Below, piece after piece: positions 42,801-51,149 of a stretch of 64,000 nucleotides of DNA. The DNA is from Candidatus Cloacimonadota bacterium (GTDB lineage: Bacteria > Cloacimonadota > Cloacimonadia > JGIOTU-2). The stretch covers positions 170,466-234,465 of the forward strand of contig JBNGBT010000003.1 of NCBI GenBank assembly GCA_049903315.1. Direction: 5' to 3'. The notes below the pieces were generated by a model. It was given only the letters and a program-made list of their open reading frames with translations, did no database searches and was not told where the DNA came from. A program made the position numbers and the translations under genes. The first letter of the stretch is position 1. Each line of letters starts with the position of its first letter.

Positions 42801-43618
42801 TTGATGCTCTGCAACTTACAGTTGCTGATGTGAGTCTTGATTCAACAGTTTCTGCTCTTGATGCAACGCTGATTTTGCAGTATGGTGTTGGCATTATTGA
42901 TACTTTGCCCTATGAACCAGGTCCAGACTACATTGCAGATGGTGATATCTCAATGGAAGATGCAGCCTATACAGGAATTCCGGTTGAAATACCTCTATAT
43001 ATCACAAATTCGGAAAAGATTTATTCATTCGAAGGCTTGATCAATTTTGATTCTCAGCTTCTCACATTATTAAGCATTTCTTGGTCAGAATACTTAGATG
43101 GATGTAATATTCAATATAATGTAAATGAAGGAGAATGTAGGATCGTTGGGGCGGATATCGAACCATACAACCAGAACGGCATATTTGCAACGTTACGATT
43201 CTATGTTAATGAGGAATTTGCTCCAAGCGACTCCACAATTATCTATTTCGACAGGATGCGCTGGAATGAGAACGATGTAATGTATAATGTCGATCGTGCG
43301 AAGATTTTTAACAATTTTGGAATAAATGATCCTCATGAGTACGAATTCATACTTCATCAGAATAGTCCAAATCCCTTTACGCATACAACCAAAATTCAAT
43401 ATTCAATCCCATCGGAAAGCTCAGTCTCTCTCAAAATATACAATATAAAAGGTGAATTTGTTAAGGAACTTATCGATGATTATAAAGATAAAGGGACATA
43501 TGAAGTTGCCTGGGATGGGAGAGATAAATATGGAAATAAGGTTGTAAGTGGTGTATATTTCTATCAATTTATTAGTGGCGATACAAAAGTAATTAAAAGG
43601 ATGATACTACTTAACTAA
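39815..43618 (+). CDS. Large secreted modular protein: beta-helix, 7x FG-GAP-like repeats, ASPIC/UnbV, cohesin, dockerin, cohesin, FlgD-Ig/T9SS-type C-terminus
   Basis: GGAGG RBS, signal peptide, TIQDGID..GDTVLV..GTY.ENI, SPCIDAG, DxDNDGxLDL repeats, SSQNSLNVEFGL..VSWPSG, duplicated dockerin loops, QNSPNPF..WDGRD..SGVYFY. Confidence 0.85.
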   Translation: MKSKVIICILSLVLLGIFYTLQADIITVNANGGYQYLTIQDGIDAASNGDTVLVYSGTYIENINFYGKDIIVASLYFSTGDAGYVENTIIDGGGNGFVVHFENGETESALLQGFTITNGYAEDGGGIKCKNASMPVIDHLIITGNAAFDDGGGVACYTNSAMRISNCVFFENVADDNGGGIFLNHSTGLIENCLFYENISNGGSSAIDCWSSDPMIINCSFFNNVSYGWATIGIWDTSSPSILDCIVSNNTGSGFVFHSQSEAIVEFCNCYNNSFGSFSGSVPPGLGVINQVNANNDPCDEFYNIFMDPELIDPINSDFTLFPSSPCIDAGISDTIGFNLPQFDLDGNPRVVDGNGDGLAIIDMGCYEFDGMTNYVFTRITSGDIVNDAGYSHGSSWIDYDNDNDLDLFVANWNDQDNFLYQNDGNGTFTKITNGVVVNDGGKSYGSSWGDFNNDGHIDAFVSNISDQDNFLYQNNGDGTFLKITEGDIVNDGGKSNNCCWGDYNNDGFLDLFIANSGSQNNSLYCNCGDGSFLKITNGILVNDAGQSKGCCWADYNNDGYLDLFVTNSDNQNNYLYCNNGNGTFTKITDGPIVNDGGDSRGGGSWGDYDNDGDLDLFVSNRLQNNFLYCNDGDGTFTKITAGDIVNDGGNSRGSSWADYNNDGYLDLFVSNDGGNNFLYKNNCDGTFTKITDEVITNNDGVSVGCVWGDYDNDGDLDIFVSNFWDDNNYLYKNNGNDNNWINIKCVGTISNKAAIGTKVKVKTILDGSPMWQVREISALNGYSSQNSLNVEFGLESSTLIDSVIVSWPSGTEQILTNTASNQFITITEPFSSPDQIALQIPTVNALPGDTVLMPMNVQFPQDSTFTSAEIQVGGYLGSLEFVELIADCSLVGDAGWLYESNENDSVNTIWMAGSEAISGEGTLIWMKFIIPETAAGFIPIILVDALFDTGVIPVNVTSGGVNVVTPLYGDVDFNGLVQAYDASMILKYLAGYINLDALQLTVADVSLDSTVSALDATLILQYGVGIIDTLPYEPGPDYIADGDISMEDAAYTGIPVEIPLYITNSEKIYSFEGLINFDSQLLTLLSISWSEYLDGCNIQYNVNEGECRIVGADIEPYNQNGIFATLRFYVNEEFAPSDSTIIYFDRMRWNENDVMYNVDRAKIFNNFGINDPHEYEFILHQNSPNPFTHTTKIQYSIPSESSVSLKIYNIKGEFVKELIDDYKDKGTYEVAWDGRDKYGNKVVSGVYFYQFISGDTKVIKRMILLN
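40943..42022 (+). repeat. Seven tandem ~52-aa FG-GAP/VCBS-like coding repeats
   Basis: Consensus FTKITxGxIVNDGGxSxGxxWGDYxNDGxLDLFVxN...NNFLYxNxGDGT occurs seven times. Confidence 0.85.
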
Positions 43619-43644
43619 ATAGATTCGTTATAATAGAGCCCGGA

Positions 43645-44439
43645 TCACATTTTAAAGATAGACTTCAGTTTATTTTTCAGTGAACCGGGTTTTTTTCTTT
43701 CGTCGAAATAACCTTCAAAATTATGAATGAGTACTTCGTTGTTTAAAATTCGTTTTGGATTTTCATAGAACAATATTTCAGCAAGGTCTTCAGAATAATT
43801 TGAGGCGACAAGATCATAGGTATCTTTCATTAGGATAGGGCGCTTTTTAAGACCGTGAACATCGGATGCAATAACATGAACGCAGCCTAGATTCAGCATT
43901 TCCAATGCGAGGTCTTTCACGGCATTTCCATAGACGCCCAAAATACTGCCGCTGTTCATCTGCACATATATTTCTCTATTTACTATTGTAAGCAGGTAAT
44001 CGATATTATTCATGAAGGGTGAAAATCTCTCTGCATGTGCAATAATTGGTCGAAATCCATTTTGCTGAAAATTAAAGAGGATTTCTTCAAAATTATCAGG
44101 AAACCTTTGCAGTGCGGTCTCAATAAGTACATAATTACTCTGTGCCAGAGTGAGATCTTCTTTTTTTACTTTGCTTACCAGATCAGGTTCACAATAGAGT
44201 TCTGCTCCGGAATGTAGAATCATATTTAGATTATGTTTTTGTATAAGCTCCCGAACCTCATTGACTTTTTCGGTAATAATCTTGTGAGAGTTTTCATACA
44301 CACCTGAAATAATGTGTGGAGTGGCGACAAGTTCTGTTACCCCCTGATCAATGAGCGCTTGTAATATCTCATAACTCTCTTGTAAATCCTGTGCGCCGTC
44401 ATCGATGCCGGGCAGTACATGAGTGTGAATATCTATCAT
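43645..44439 (-). CDS. CpsB/CapC-family PHP phosphatase
   Basis: MIDIHTHVLPGIDDGA, ATPH, IAHAER, IASDVH. Confidence 0.9.
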   Translation of the reverse strand: MIDIHTHVLPGIDDGAQDLQESYEILQALIDQGVTELVATPHIISGVYENSHKIITEKVNEVRELIQKHNLNMILHSGAELYCEPDLVSKVKKEDLTLAQSNYVLIETALQRFPDNFEEILFNFQQNGFRPIIAHAERFSPFMNNIDYLLTIVNREIYVQMNSGSILGVYGNAVKDLALEMLNLGCVHVIASDVHGLKKRPILMKDTYDLVASNYSEDLAEILFYENPKRILNNEVLIHNFEGYFDERKKPGSLKNKLKSIFKM

Positions 44440-44444
44440 CTCAA

Positions 44445-45191
44445 CTATAAGTGAATTGCTTCTGCAAAATCTTTGATAAGATTGGTCTGGTCATTCTTTT
44501 CTATAGCAGTTCCAATCACTATAAAATCAGCACCTGCGGATACTTTTTCTCTGGCTTCCTGAGGAGTTTTTATTCCACCGCCGATGATCATTGGTATAGA
44601 AATGTTCTCTTTGACTTTCTTTATCATATCTGAAGGCACAGATTGTTTTGCTCCGCTTCCTCCGTCAAAAAAAATAAGCTTCATACCAAGATATTGTGCA
44701 GCAAGTGCGTGTGATACTGCAATATCATATTTGGTCCTTGGTATTGGAAGGCTGCTGCTCATAAACTGAACTGAAGTGAGTGATCCGGATTCGATAAGGA
44801 AGTAACCAGTAGGAATAGCTTCCACATCATATTTTTTGATAAGAGGAGCTGTCCTAACTTGTTCACCAATAAGCAATTGAGGATTCCTGCTGCTCATCAT
44901 GCTGAGGAAAAGGATTGCATCTGCATAGGGTGAAACAAAATTGAAAATTCCCGGAAAAACGAGTACGGGTATTGTCACTTGTTCTTTTATGACCCTCACG
45001 GTTTCATTAAAATTATCTCTAACCATCAAGCTGCCACCGACCAAAATGACATCAACACCGCTGAGCTGACATTTTTCTGCAAGCTTTGCGGATTCCGAAG
45101 GTGCTTGTGTGTCAGGATCTATGAGACAAAAGAAACCCGCTTTTTTCTCATTTTTTAATGAATATAAAAATCGTAATATAGTATCTTTCAT
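44445..45191 (-). CDS. Geranylgeranylglyceryl phosphate (GGGP) synthase, group II-like
   Basis: LIDPD, ILVGGS, FPG, FLSMMSSRNP, PTGY, DGGSGA, GGGI, GADFIVIG. ATGA overlap with the upstream gene. Confidence 0.9.
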   Translation of the reverse strand: MKDTILRFLYSLKNEKKAGFFCLIDPDTQAPSESAKLAEKCQLSGVDVILVGGSLMVRDNFNETVRVIKEQVTIPVLVFPGIFNFVSPYADAILFLSMMSSRNPQLLIGEQVRTAPLIKKYDVEAIPTGYFLIESGSLTSVQFMSSSLPIPRTKYDIAVSHALAAQYLGMKLIFFDGGSGAKQSVPSDMIKKVKENISIPMIIGGGIKTPQEAREKVSAGADFIVIGTAIEKNDQTNLIKDFAEAIHL

Positions 45192-46024
45192 TGCGCCACC
45201 CATAAAATAACTAAAAATACAAGCATATGTATTTTCATAAAACTTTCTGAATATTTTGCCGTCTTTGTGATCGGTTTTATTAAAAGAATTATCAAGTTAA
45301 TAAAAAGTAATAATAGGATACCGATTAGTAATACAATAAAGAATGCTAACGAGTAAAATTCCGGATAACCCCAAATAATTGTTGCTGCGAATCCTATCCA
45401 GAACAAAAGTGCCAGGAGAAGGGTTTTTTTGTCACCCCACAAAATCGGCAGCGTTTTTGCTTCCGCAGATCTGTCGCCATTCTTATCTTCTATGTCTTTC
45501 ACAAGTTCTCTTATGATAGTATAAAAAAAAGCACAGAGTCCTACAAAAAAAGCATTTCTGAGATTACTTGTAATAAAGCTTCCAAAGATAAAGGTTGAAG
45601 CGGTCACGAAAGCGACAAGTAGATTTCCCAAGAAATGTATTCTTTTACTTTTCCATGCATATATAAAAAGCAGTAATGAATTAAATGCAGCAATTGCGAT
45701 CATCCAAGGATTGCGCAGAAATATACTGATAATTATTCCCAAGGCAAAAAGGCAGATCCCGTAATATTTTGCTTTTAATGGAGTGATCAGTCCAGAAGGC
45801 AAAACTCTTTCTTTACGATTGATCATATCGATCGAATAGTCATAGTAGTCATTGAGAACGTAACCTCCCCCTGAAATAATCGCTGCAGCAATGCCTGCGA
45901 GAAGGGGAAAAAGAAGCGGGAACACTGCTACTTTGTAGTATGCTCCGAAGAGAACTGCAATCAATACAAAGAAAAAATTCAGCGGTCTGAGAATACGAAT
46001 ATATGCGAAGAAGGTTTTTATCAC
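45188..46024 (-). CDS. DGGGP-synthase-like UbiA prenyltransferase
   Basis: RPLN, NDYYDYSIDMINRKERVLPSG, GNLLVA and RELVKDIEDKNGD..KTLP are typical of the DGGGPS subfamily. Adjacent to GGGPS. Confidence 0.85.
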   Translation of the reverse strand: MIKTFFAYIRILRPLNFFFVLIAVLFGAYYKVAVFPLLFPLLAGIAAAIISGGGYVLNDYYDYSIDMINRKERVLPSGLITPLKAKYYGICLFALGIIISIFLRNPWMIAIAAFNSLLLFIYAWKSKRIHFLGNLLVAFVTASTFIFGSFITSNLRNAFFVGLCAFFYTIIRELVKDIEDKNGDRSAEAKTLPILWGDKKTLLLALLFWIGFAATIIWGYPEFYSLAFFIVLLIGILLLLFINLIILLIKPITKTAKYSESFMKIHMLVFLVILWVAQ

Positions 46025-46935
46025 TAGGGAATTCTGTCATGAATGCGTTCTACAACATCTAGGAGAACGCTATTGTGTGGTATATATTTGATGATATTCT
46101 GTGCGTCTTGGATGAGTTTTTGAGCTTGTCGCTTTGATTCTTCTATGCCAAGAAGAGTAGGATAGGTGACTTTTTCATTGCGCTGATCTTCGCCGGATTC
46201 CTTGTCAAGTATGTCGTCTGCTCCAACCTCATCAAGGATATCATCTATAACCTGATAAGCAAGCCCGATATTCAACGCAAAGTCGCTCAATGCATTGGTG
46301 ATCTGCTCAGTAGCGCCTGCGAGAATGCATGCACAGCGCTCTGCAGAACGGAGAAGTGCCCCGGTTTTTTTGAGATGAATATCCCTCAAAATATGCAGTT
46401 TCACTCTTTTTTGCGAGGCTGTAATATCAACAACCTGTCCGCCGATCATGCCTCTAGTGGATGCTGCTTCGATGAGTTCTTCAAGGCACTGGATCGCTTT
46501 TTTGCTATTGCGCAGCTTGAGAACTGTCTCGAATCCTTTGGTCATAAGTGCATCACCAGCAAGGATAGCTATTGCATTGCCAAATTTCTTATGACAGCTT
46601 GCTTTTCCACGTCGCTCATCGGCATTATCAATAAAAGGGAGGTCATCATGTATCAAAGAGGCGGTATGCAGCATCTCGATTGCACAGGCGACAGGGAGTA
46701 CTGGCTGCACAGCTCTTTTATCGCGTTTGTTTGCAAGCATTTCATAGGTTGCCAACATCAATATAGGACGCAGACGTTTTCCTCCAGCCAATACGGAATA
46801 TCTCATCGCACGATGAATTATCTCGGGTTTTGTGCTGTCAGAATCGAGATATTTCGAAAGAGCTTTATTGATAAGCTCTCTTCTGCTTTCAAAATATTTA
46901 TCTAATATCAACAATCCTCCTAGGATCAATTTCAT
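46024..46935 (-). CDS. Short-chain polyprenyl diphosphate synthase (probably GGPP synthase)
   Basis: GGKRLRP, FARM HTASLIHDDLP..D....RRG, GQVVD, KTG, SARM DDILD. The true start may be a TTG just after the AGGAGG near 46915-46922. Confidence 0.88.
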   Translation of the reverse strand: MKLILGGLLILDKYFESRRELINKALSKYLDSDSTKPEIIHRAMRYSVLAGGKRLRPILMLATYEMLANKRDKRAVQPVLPVACAIEMLHTASLIHDDLPFIDNADERRGKASCHKKFGNAIAILAGDALMTKGFETVLKLRNSKKAIQCLEELIEAASTRGMIGGQVVDITASQKRVKLHILRDIHLKKTGALLRSAERCACILAGATEQITNALSDFALNIGLAYQVIDDILDEVGADDILDKESGEDQRNEKVTYPTLLGIEESKRQAQKLIQDAQNIIKYIPHNSVLLDVVERIHDRIP

Positions 46936-46987
46936 GTCCCGAAAGGTCGGGTTGAACTTATTGTAAAGTGTAAAAGCTGCAATTTCT

Positions 46988-46993
46988 TGTCAA
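46988..46993 (-). promoter_or_regulatory. TTGACA -35-like box upstream of the ether-lipid operon
   Basis: Perfect TTGACA on the minus strand about 50 bp before the polyprenyl synthase ORF. Confidence 0.45.
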
Positions 46994-47025
46994 ATTTTCC
47001 AGTTTCAAATCGTATTTAACTTCCT

Positions 47026-49407
47026 TTATAAAAGCGAAATGGGGTCAATGTCAATCTGCATTTTTATATAGTTTGGAATTTTCACGTTACCCCGGAACCA
47101 TTCAATAAAGTGGTTGATATTTGGTTGATGTTCAGCTTTTATTAATATATGATAACGGTATTGTTTCCTGATTTTGCTAATGGGGGCAGGTGTCGGGCTG
47201 AGTATAATAAGTTTATCTTTTTGAGGATACTGAGCGATCTTATATCTGATGCTGTCCATGAAAGCATGAAGCTGCTCTTCATTATTGAGCAGGAAAAGAA
47301 TCCGAACTAGTTTGGTGAATGGTGGATAATGAAGCTCCTGTCTGAGGTGAAGCTCGTGCTGATAAAAACCAAAAAAGTTCTGTTTTTGAGCATATTGAAT
47401 GCTGTAATGTTTCGGATTATAGGTTTGGACGATCACCTCACCTTCTTTTTCACTCCGTCCAGCGCGTCCGGCGACCTGAATAATATGCTGGAAATTTCGT
47501 TCTGATGCCCTGAAATCCGGCAGATTGAGATTTACATCTGCCGAGACTATTCCAACTAAAGTAATATTCGGGAAATCAAGTCCCTTGATAATCATTTGAG
47601 TGCCAAGTAAAATATCAATATATCCGTTGCGTACCTGGTCAAATACATTTTGGTAACTATTCTTTTTCGTTGTGGTGTCACTATCCATTCGAGCAATTCT
47701 TGCAGTGGGGAAAAGAAATTGAAGGTTCTGCTCGATCTTCTCGGTGCCCGGGGAACCAAAATTAAAAATGTACCCACCGCATTCAGGACACTTGCGAGGC
47801 ATGGAGCGTTCATATCCACAATAATGACACTTGATCTTTTTGTTTCGCGAATGATAGGTCATGCTGATGTTGCAATCTTTGCATTGAAGTACATGTCCGC
47901 ACTTTACACACTGCACGTATGAAGCGTATCCTCTCCTATTCTGAAAGAGAAGGATCTGTTCCTTCTTAAGGAGCCTGTCTTCGATCTTGTTCCTGAGAAG
48001 TTGTGAAAAAATCTTCGTATGATCTTCCTCTTCACGCATATCAACAACAATCAGCTTGGGCAGTATTTGATTTTTCACTCTTTTGGTCATTTTAAGAAGA
48101 GAATACTTCTCATGTTGAGTATTAAAATATGATTCAAGATAAGGAGTTGCAGTTCCTAAAAGCACCACCGCATTATTCGTTTTTGCTCTCAAAACTGCCA
48201 TGTCACGTGCATTATAGAGAGGTGGTCGTTCGTGCTGCTTGTAGGTATTTTCATGTTCTTCATCCACTATAATAAGTCCAAGATTTTCAAGCGGAGCAAA
48301 GAGCGCACTCCTTGGACCAATAGCTATCTTTTTTTCCCCCTTCTTCAATAAATTCCAATAGTGTAAACGCTCTCTGTCGCTAAGCTTGCTGTGTAGAACT
48401 GCAATGATATCACCGAAGTGAGAGTAAAATCTCTCAACTGTCTGGGGAGTTAAGGAAATTTCAGGAATAAGTATTATCGCAGTTTTGCCTTGAGAAAGGC
48501 TTTTTTTCATTGCTCGGATATAGACTTCGGTTTTTCCGCTTGAAGTGACGCCATGAAGAAGAAACGCATGAAAAGTGTGATCATCTATGTGAGTTTCGAG
48601 TTTCCCTAAAACCTCAGCTTGTTCTTCAGTAAGTACGAAGGTTAGAGGTTCATTCTGCACTATATCCGAGAAAATATCAGGATGAATTTCACGCTTATAG
48701 ATTTCAACAAGATTTTTCTCTTTTAATTTATTAATGATGCTGTAGGAAAATTCTTTTGAAATATCTGCCATGAAGATAGGCTCAGACTGGTTTTGGAGGA
48801 AATGGAGGAGCTCCTGTTGTTTGGGACTGAGCACTTCATCAGAGGAATCTGCTATAAGTTTGATGCAGTTCACGGTTTTCTTCTGTACTTTTCTCTTATA
48901 GTGACGTTCGATATCGATGAATCCCTGTTCCTCCATGTCGAGAAGGTTTTTGTAAAGGCGAGAAATTTTAGACTTTTTCAAGTCTTCAATCGAACAGGAG
49001 TTTCCATTTTTTTCTATAAATTTAATTACCTTTAGGAAATCTTTATCCTTGGTTTCGGACTTTTTCAGCGTAATTTTCTGTATTGTATTTACGTTGATAC
49101 CGGCCGGCAGCATTGCTTTGAAAACGAGTCCAATAGGGCAGTGGTAATATTTTGAAATCCATTTGGCGAAGGTCAGAAGCTCTTTATTGATAAGTGGTTT
49201 CTCATCGATAATTTCATGAATTTCTTTTATTTTATCTTCATCATATGCAGGTTTTTCTGTAAGTCCTATAATAATCCCTGTCTGGATACGGTAATTGAAA
49301 CCCACGATCACTCTTTGCCCGATTTTGGGAGAAATACTCTTGGGACAAGAATAGGTGAATGTGTCCTTGATATTAATCGGCAACGCAACTTCGATAAAGA
49401 TTTTCAT
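47026..49407 (-). CDS. priA: Primosomal protein N' (replication restart helicase)
   Basis: GVTSSGKTEVY, PEISLTPQ, DEEH, NRRGY, four CxxC motifs, QVAGRAGR. Confidence 0.96.
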   Translation of the reverse strand: MKIFIEVALPINIKDTFTYSCPKSISPKIGQRVIVGFNYRIQTGIIIGLTEKPAYDEDKIKEIHEIIDEKPLINKELLTFAKWISKYYHCPIGLVFKAMLPAGINVNTIQKITLKKSETKDKDFLKVIKFIEKNGNSCSIEDLKKSKISRLYKNLLDMEEQGFIDIERHYKRKVQKKTVNCIKLIADSSDEVLSPKQQELLHFLQNQSEPIFMADISKEFSYSIINKLKEKNLVEIYKREIHPDIFSDIVQNEPLTFVLTEEQAEVLGKLETHIDDHTFHAFLLHGVTSSGKTEVYIRAMKKSLSQGKTAIILIPEISLTPQTVERFYSHFGDIIAVLHSKLSDRERLHYWNLLKKGEKKIAIGPRSALFAPLENLGLIIVDEEHENTYKQHERPPLYNARDMAVLRAKTNNAVVLLGTATPYLESYFNTQHEKYSLLKMTKRVKNQILPKLIVVDMREEEDHTKIFSQLLRNKIEDRLLKKEQILLFQNRRGYASYVQCVKCGHVLQCKDCNISMTYHSRNKKIKCHYCGYERSMPRKCPECGGYIFNFGSPGTEKIEQNLQFLFPTARIARMDSDTTTKKNSYQNVFDQVRNGYIDILLGTQMIIKGLDFPNITLVGIVSADVNLNLPDFRASERNFQHIIQVAGRAGRSEKEGEVIVQTYNPKHYSIQYAQKQNFFGFYQHELHLRQELHYPPFTKLVRILFLLNNEEQLHAFMDSIRYKIAQYPQKDKLIILSPTPAPISKIRKQYRYHILIKAEHQPNINHFIEWFRGNVKIPNYIKMQIDIDPISLL

Positions 49408-49448
49408 AAATTATTTACATAAAAAAATATTTTTTCCACTTTTGAAAC

Positions 49449-49814
49449 ATGAATAAAACTTTTGGAACCTTTGGTGAGGACACAGCAACAAAATTCCTGG
49501 AAAGCAATGGCTATACAGTGATCGAACGAAATTACCATTCTCCATATGGTGAAATAGATATCATTTGCAGCAGGGATGAAGAACTCATTTTTGTAGAAGT
49601 CAAAGCACGAAGATCTCATACATTTGGAGAAGCATTGGATGCAGTTACAGAGAGCAAAAGACAAAAAATCATTAAAACCGCCTACCACTACCTATCAAAA
49701 AAAGACATCGAAATGCCTGTCCGATTTGACATAATTACGCTTGATTATAACAAAAATTCAAAGGAATATTCGCTGCGTCACATTAAAAATGCATTTCTCG
49801 GAGAGGATTACTGA
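49449..49814 (+). CDS. yraN: YraN family (UPF0102) putative endonuclease
   Basis: GEIDII, FVEVKAR, RFDII, HIKNAF. Confidence 0.9.
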   Translation: MNKTFGTFGEDTATKFLESNGYTVIERNYHSPYGEIDIICSRDEELIFVEVKARRSHTFGEALDAVTESKRQKIIKTAYHYLSKKDIEMPVRFDIITLDYNKNSKEYSLRHIKNAFLGEDY

Positions 49815-51149
49815 TCACTGCAGCTCATTTTCGTCGAAGTAAGGTCCTAAATAATCTTTCCAGTCCGGAACAGTAAACTCGAAATCATCGTTATCCACAT
49901 ACACAAGCTTATAATTTCCCATCTTTGTGAAATCCACAAATACATAGATACGCTTTCCACCAATATAATATTTCCATATGATGTACGGTTTTGCATCGTA
50001 TTCATAACTCTTATCAATCACTTCTTCCGGTTTGCCTTGACGAATGTAAATTCTACCTCTGTCAGATTTCCAGCCATCTCCGTAATGAGAAAAATTCCTG
50101 TTCGTATAGTTCACCCGGCGAATGATCTCTTCTTTATATTCATTCTGTTCTGTCTTTGGATTTGGATCGTTCTGCTCCCAAAAACGCTTCAGAAATTCAG
50201 CGCGTCCTTCATCATCAAGATTCTCATATACACTCTCTTCATAGTTTGTCAGAAAATATTTGGCATACCGGTACTCTTTATCGATTTCCGCCTGCGAAAT
50301 AGCTTGCTGGCTCTCTTGAATGAAAATTAAATCTTCCCGAGATGCAATTGGTTCATCAGGATTATCTTTGGAATAAAGGTTGAGGGTGAGAAGATATGTA
50401 CCGGTTTCCCATTGTGAAATAGGTATCCATTTCCAGAATGGTTTTGTCTTCAACGTTGATGAGAACTTCTTCTCTTCATTATACACGGAGTTTTGATCTT
50501 TGTTCTCAATGCTTAAAACCCATGTCCCTTCCAGGGGATTCTCGAAGGTTGAAACGTTTTGAAAAACTTCAAAATAATAAGTAAAGCCCTCATCCTTCTC
50601 AAGTTCGAAAAGATGATTTGGGTTTACAAGGAAGAGGATATTATTTCGTTTGAAGTCCTGAAATTCTGCTGTTGAATCACTTTGATGAAAAGAGCTTATC
50701 TCAATATCACTGAGATTCATATGAGTGTAATCGAGAGTATTATATGTTTTTTCCCAGGTGATGCTCTCTGAGTTCACACGATCCTGGATGTTAATTGAAA
50801 ACTTATATAACCCCGGTGTTACAGTAGCTTTCATTTTATCAATAAAAAACTCATCGTGATAAATGGAGGTTTTATCAAGATCAACCTTGATTTGCCTGAT
50901 AAAATCTTTGTTATACAGTTCCTGTCCTTGCGCATTATAGATATTAAAATTTACATGCAATTGTGCCATAAGGATATTGTCCTGTGCAGTAAAATCAAGG
51001 TCAGAATCAAAAACTTTGTAGGTTATCTCGAAGGTTGTATTTCCATTTTCTGCAGGAAAACGGTTACAGTCAAAATACACATTCAATTCCGCAATGAGAA
51101 ATATTGGGATGAACACAAGTAGAAGTGTAAATAATAATTTATTTTTCAT
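49815..51149 (-). CDS. GWxTD-domain exported protein
   Basis: Signal peptide; FWEQNDPNP..NEYKEE..RRVNY and GWKSDRGRIYIRQGKP. Confidence 0.85.
   Translation of the reverse strand: MKNKLLFTLLLVFIPIFLIAELNVYFDCNRFPAENGNTTFEITYKVFDSDLDFTAQDNILMAQLHVNFNIYNAQGQELYNKDFIRQIKVDLDKTSIYHDEFFIDKMKATVTPGLYKFSINIQDRVNSESITWEKTYNTLDYTHMNLSDIEISSFHQSDSTAEFQDFKRNNILFLVNPNHLFELEKDEGFTYYFEVFQNVSTFENPLEGTWVLSIENKDQNSVYNEEKKFSSTLKTKPFWKWIPISQWETGTYLLTLNLYSKDNPDEPIASREDLIFIQESQQAISQAEIDKEYRYAKYFLTNYEESVYENLDDEGRAEFLKRFWEQNDPNPKTEQNEYKEEIIRRVNYTNRNFSHYGDGWKSDRGRIYIRQGKPEEVIDKSYEYDAKPYIIWKYYIGGKRIYVFVDFTKMGNYKLVYVDNDDFEFTVPDWKDYLGPYFDENELQ

Noticed and set aside
46938-46951. CCCGA-aagg-TCGGG hairpin upstream of the polyprenyl synthase
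   Set aside because: Only a 5-bp stem. It could be a priA terminator fragment or a repeat remnant, but it is too short to assign.
49449-49814. YraN nuclease as a defence or mobile element gene
   Set aside because: It is a widespread chromosomal gene, with no defence or mobility context here.
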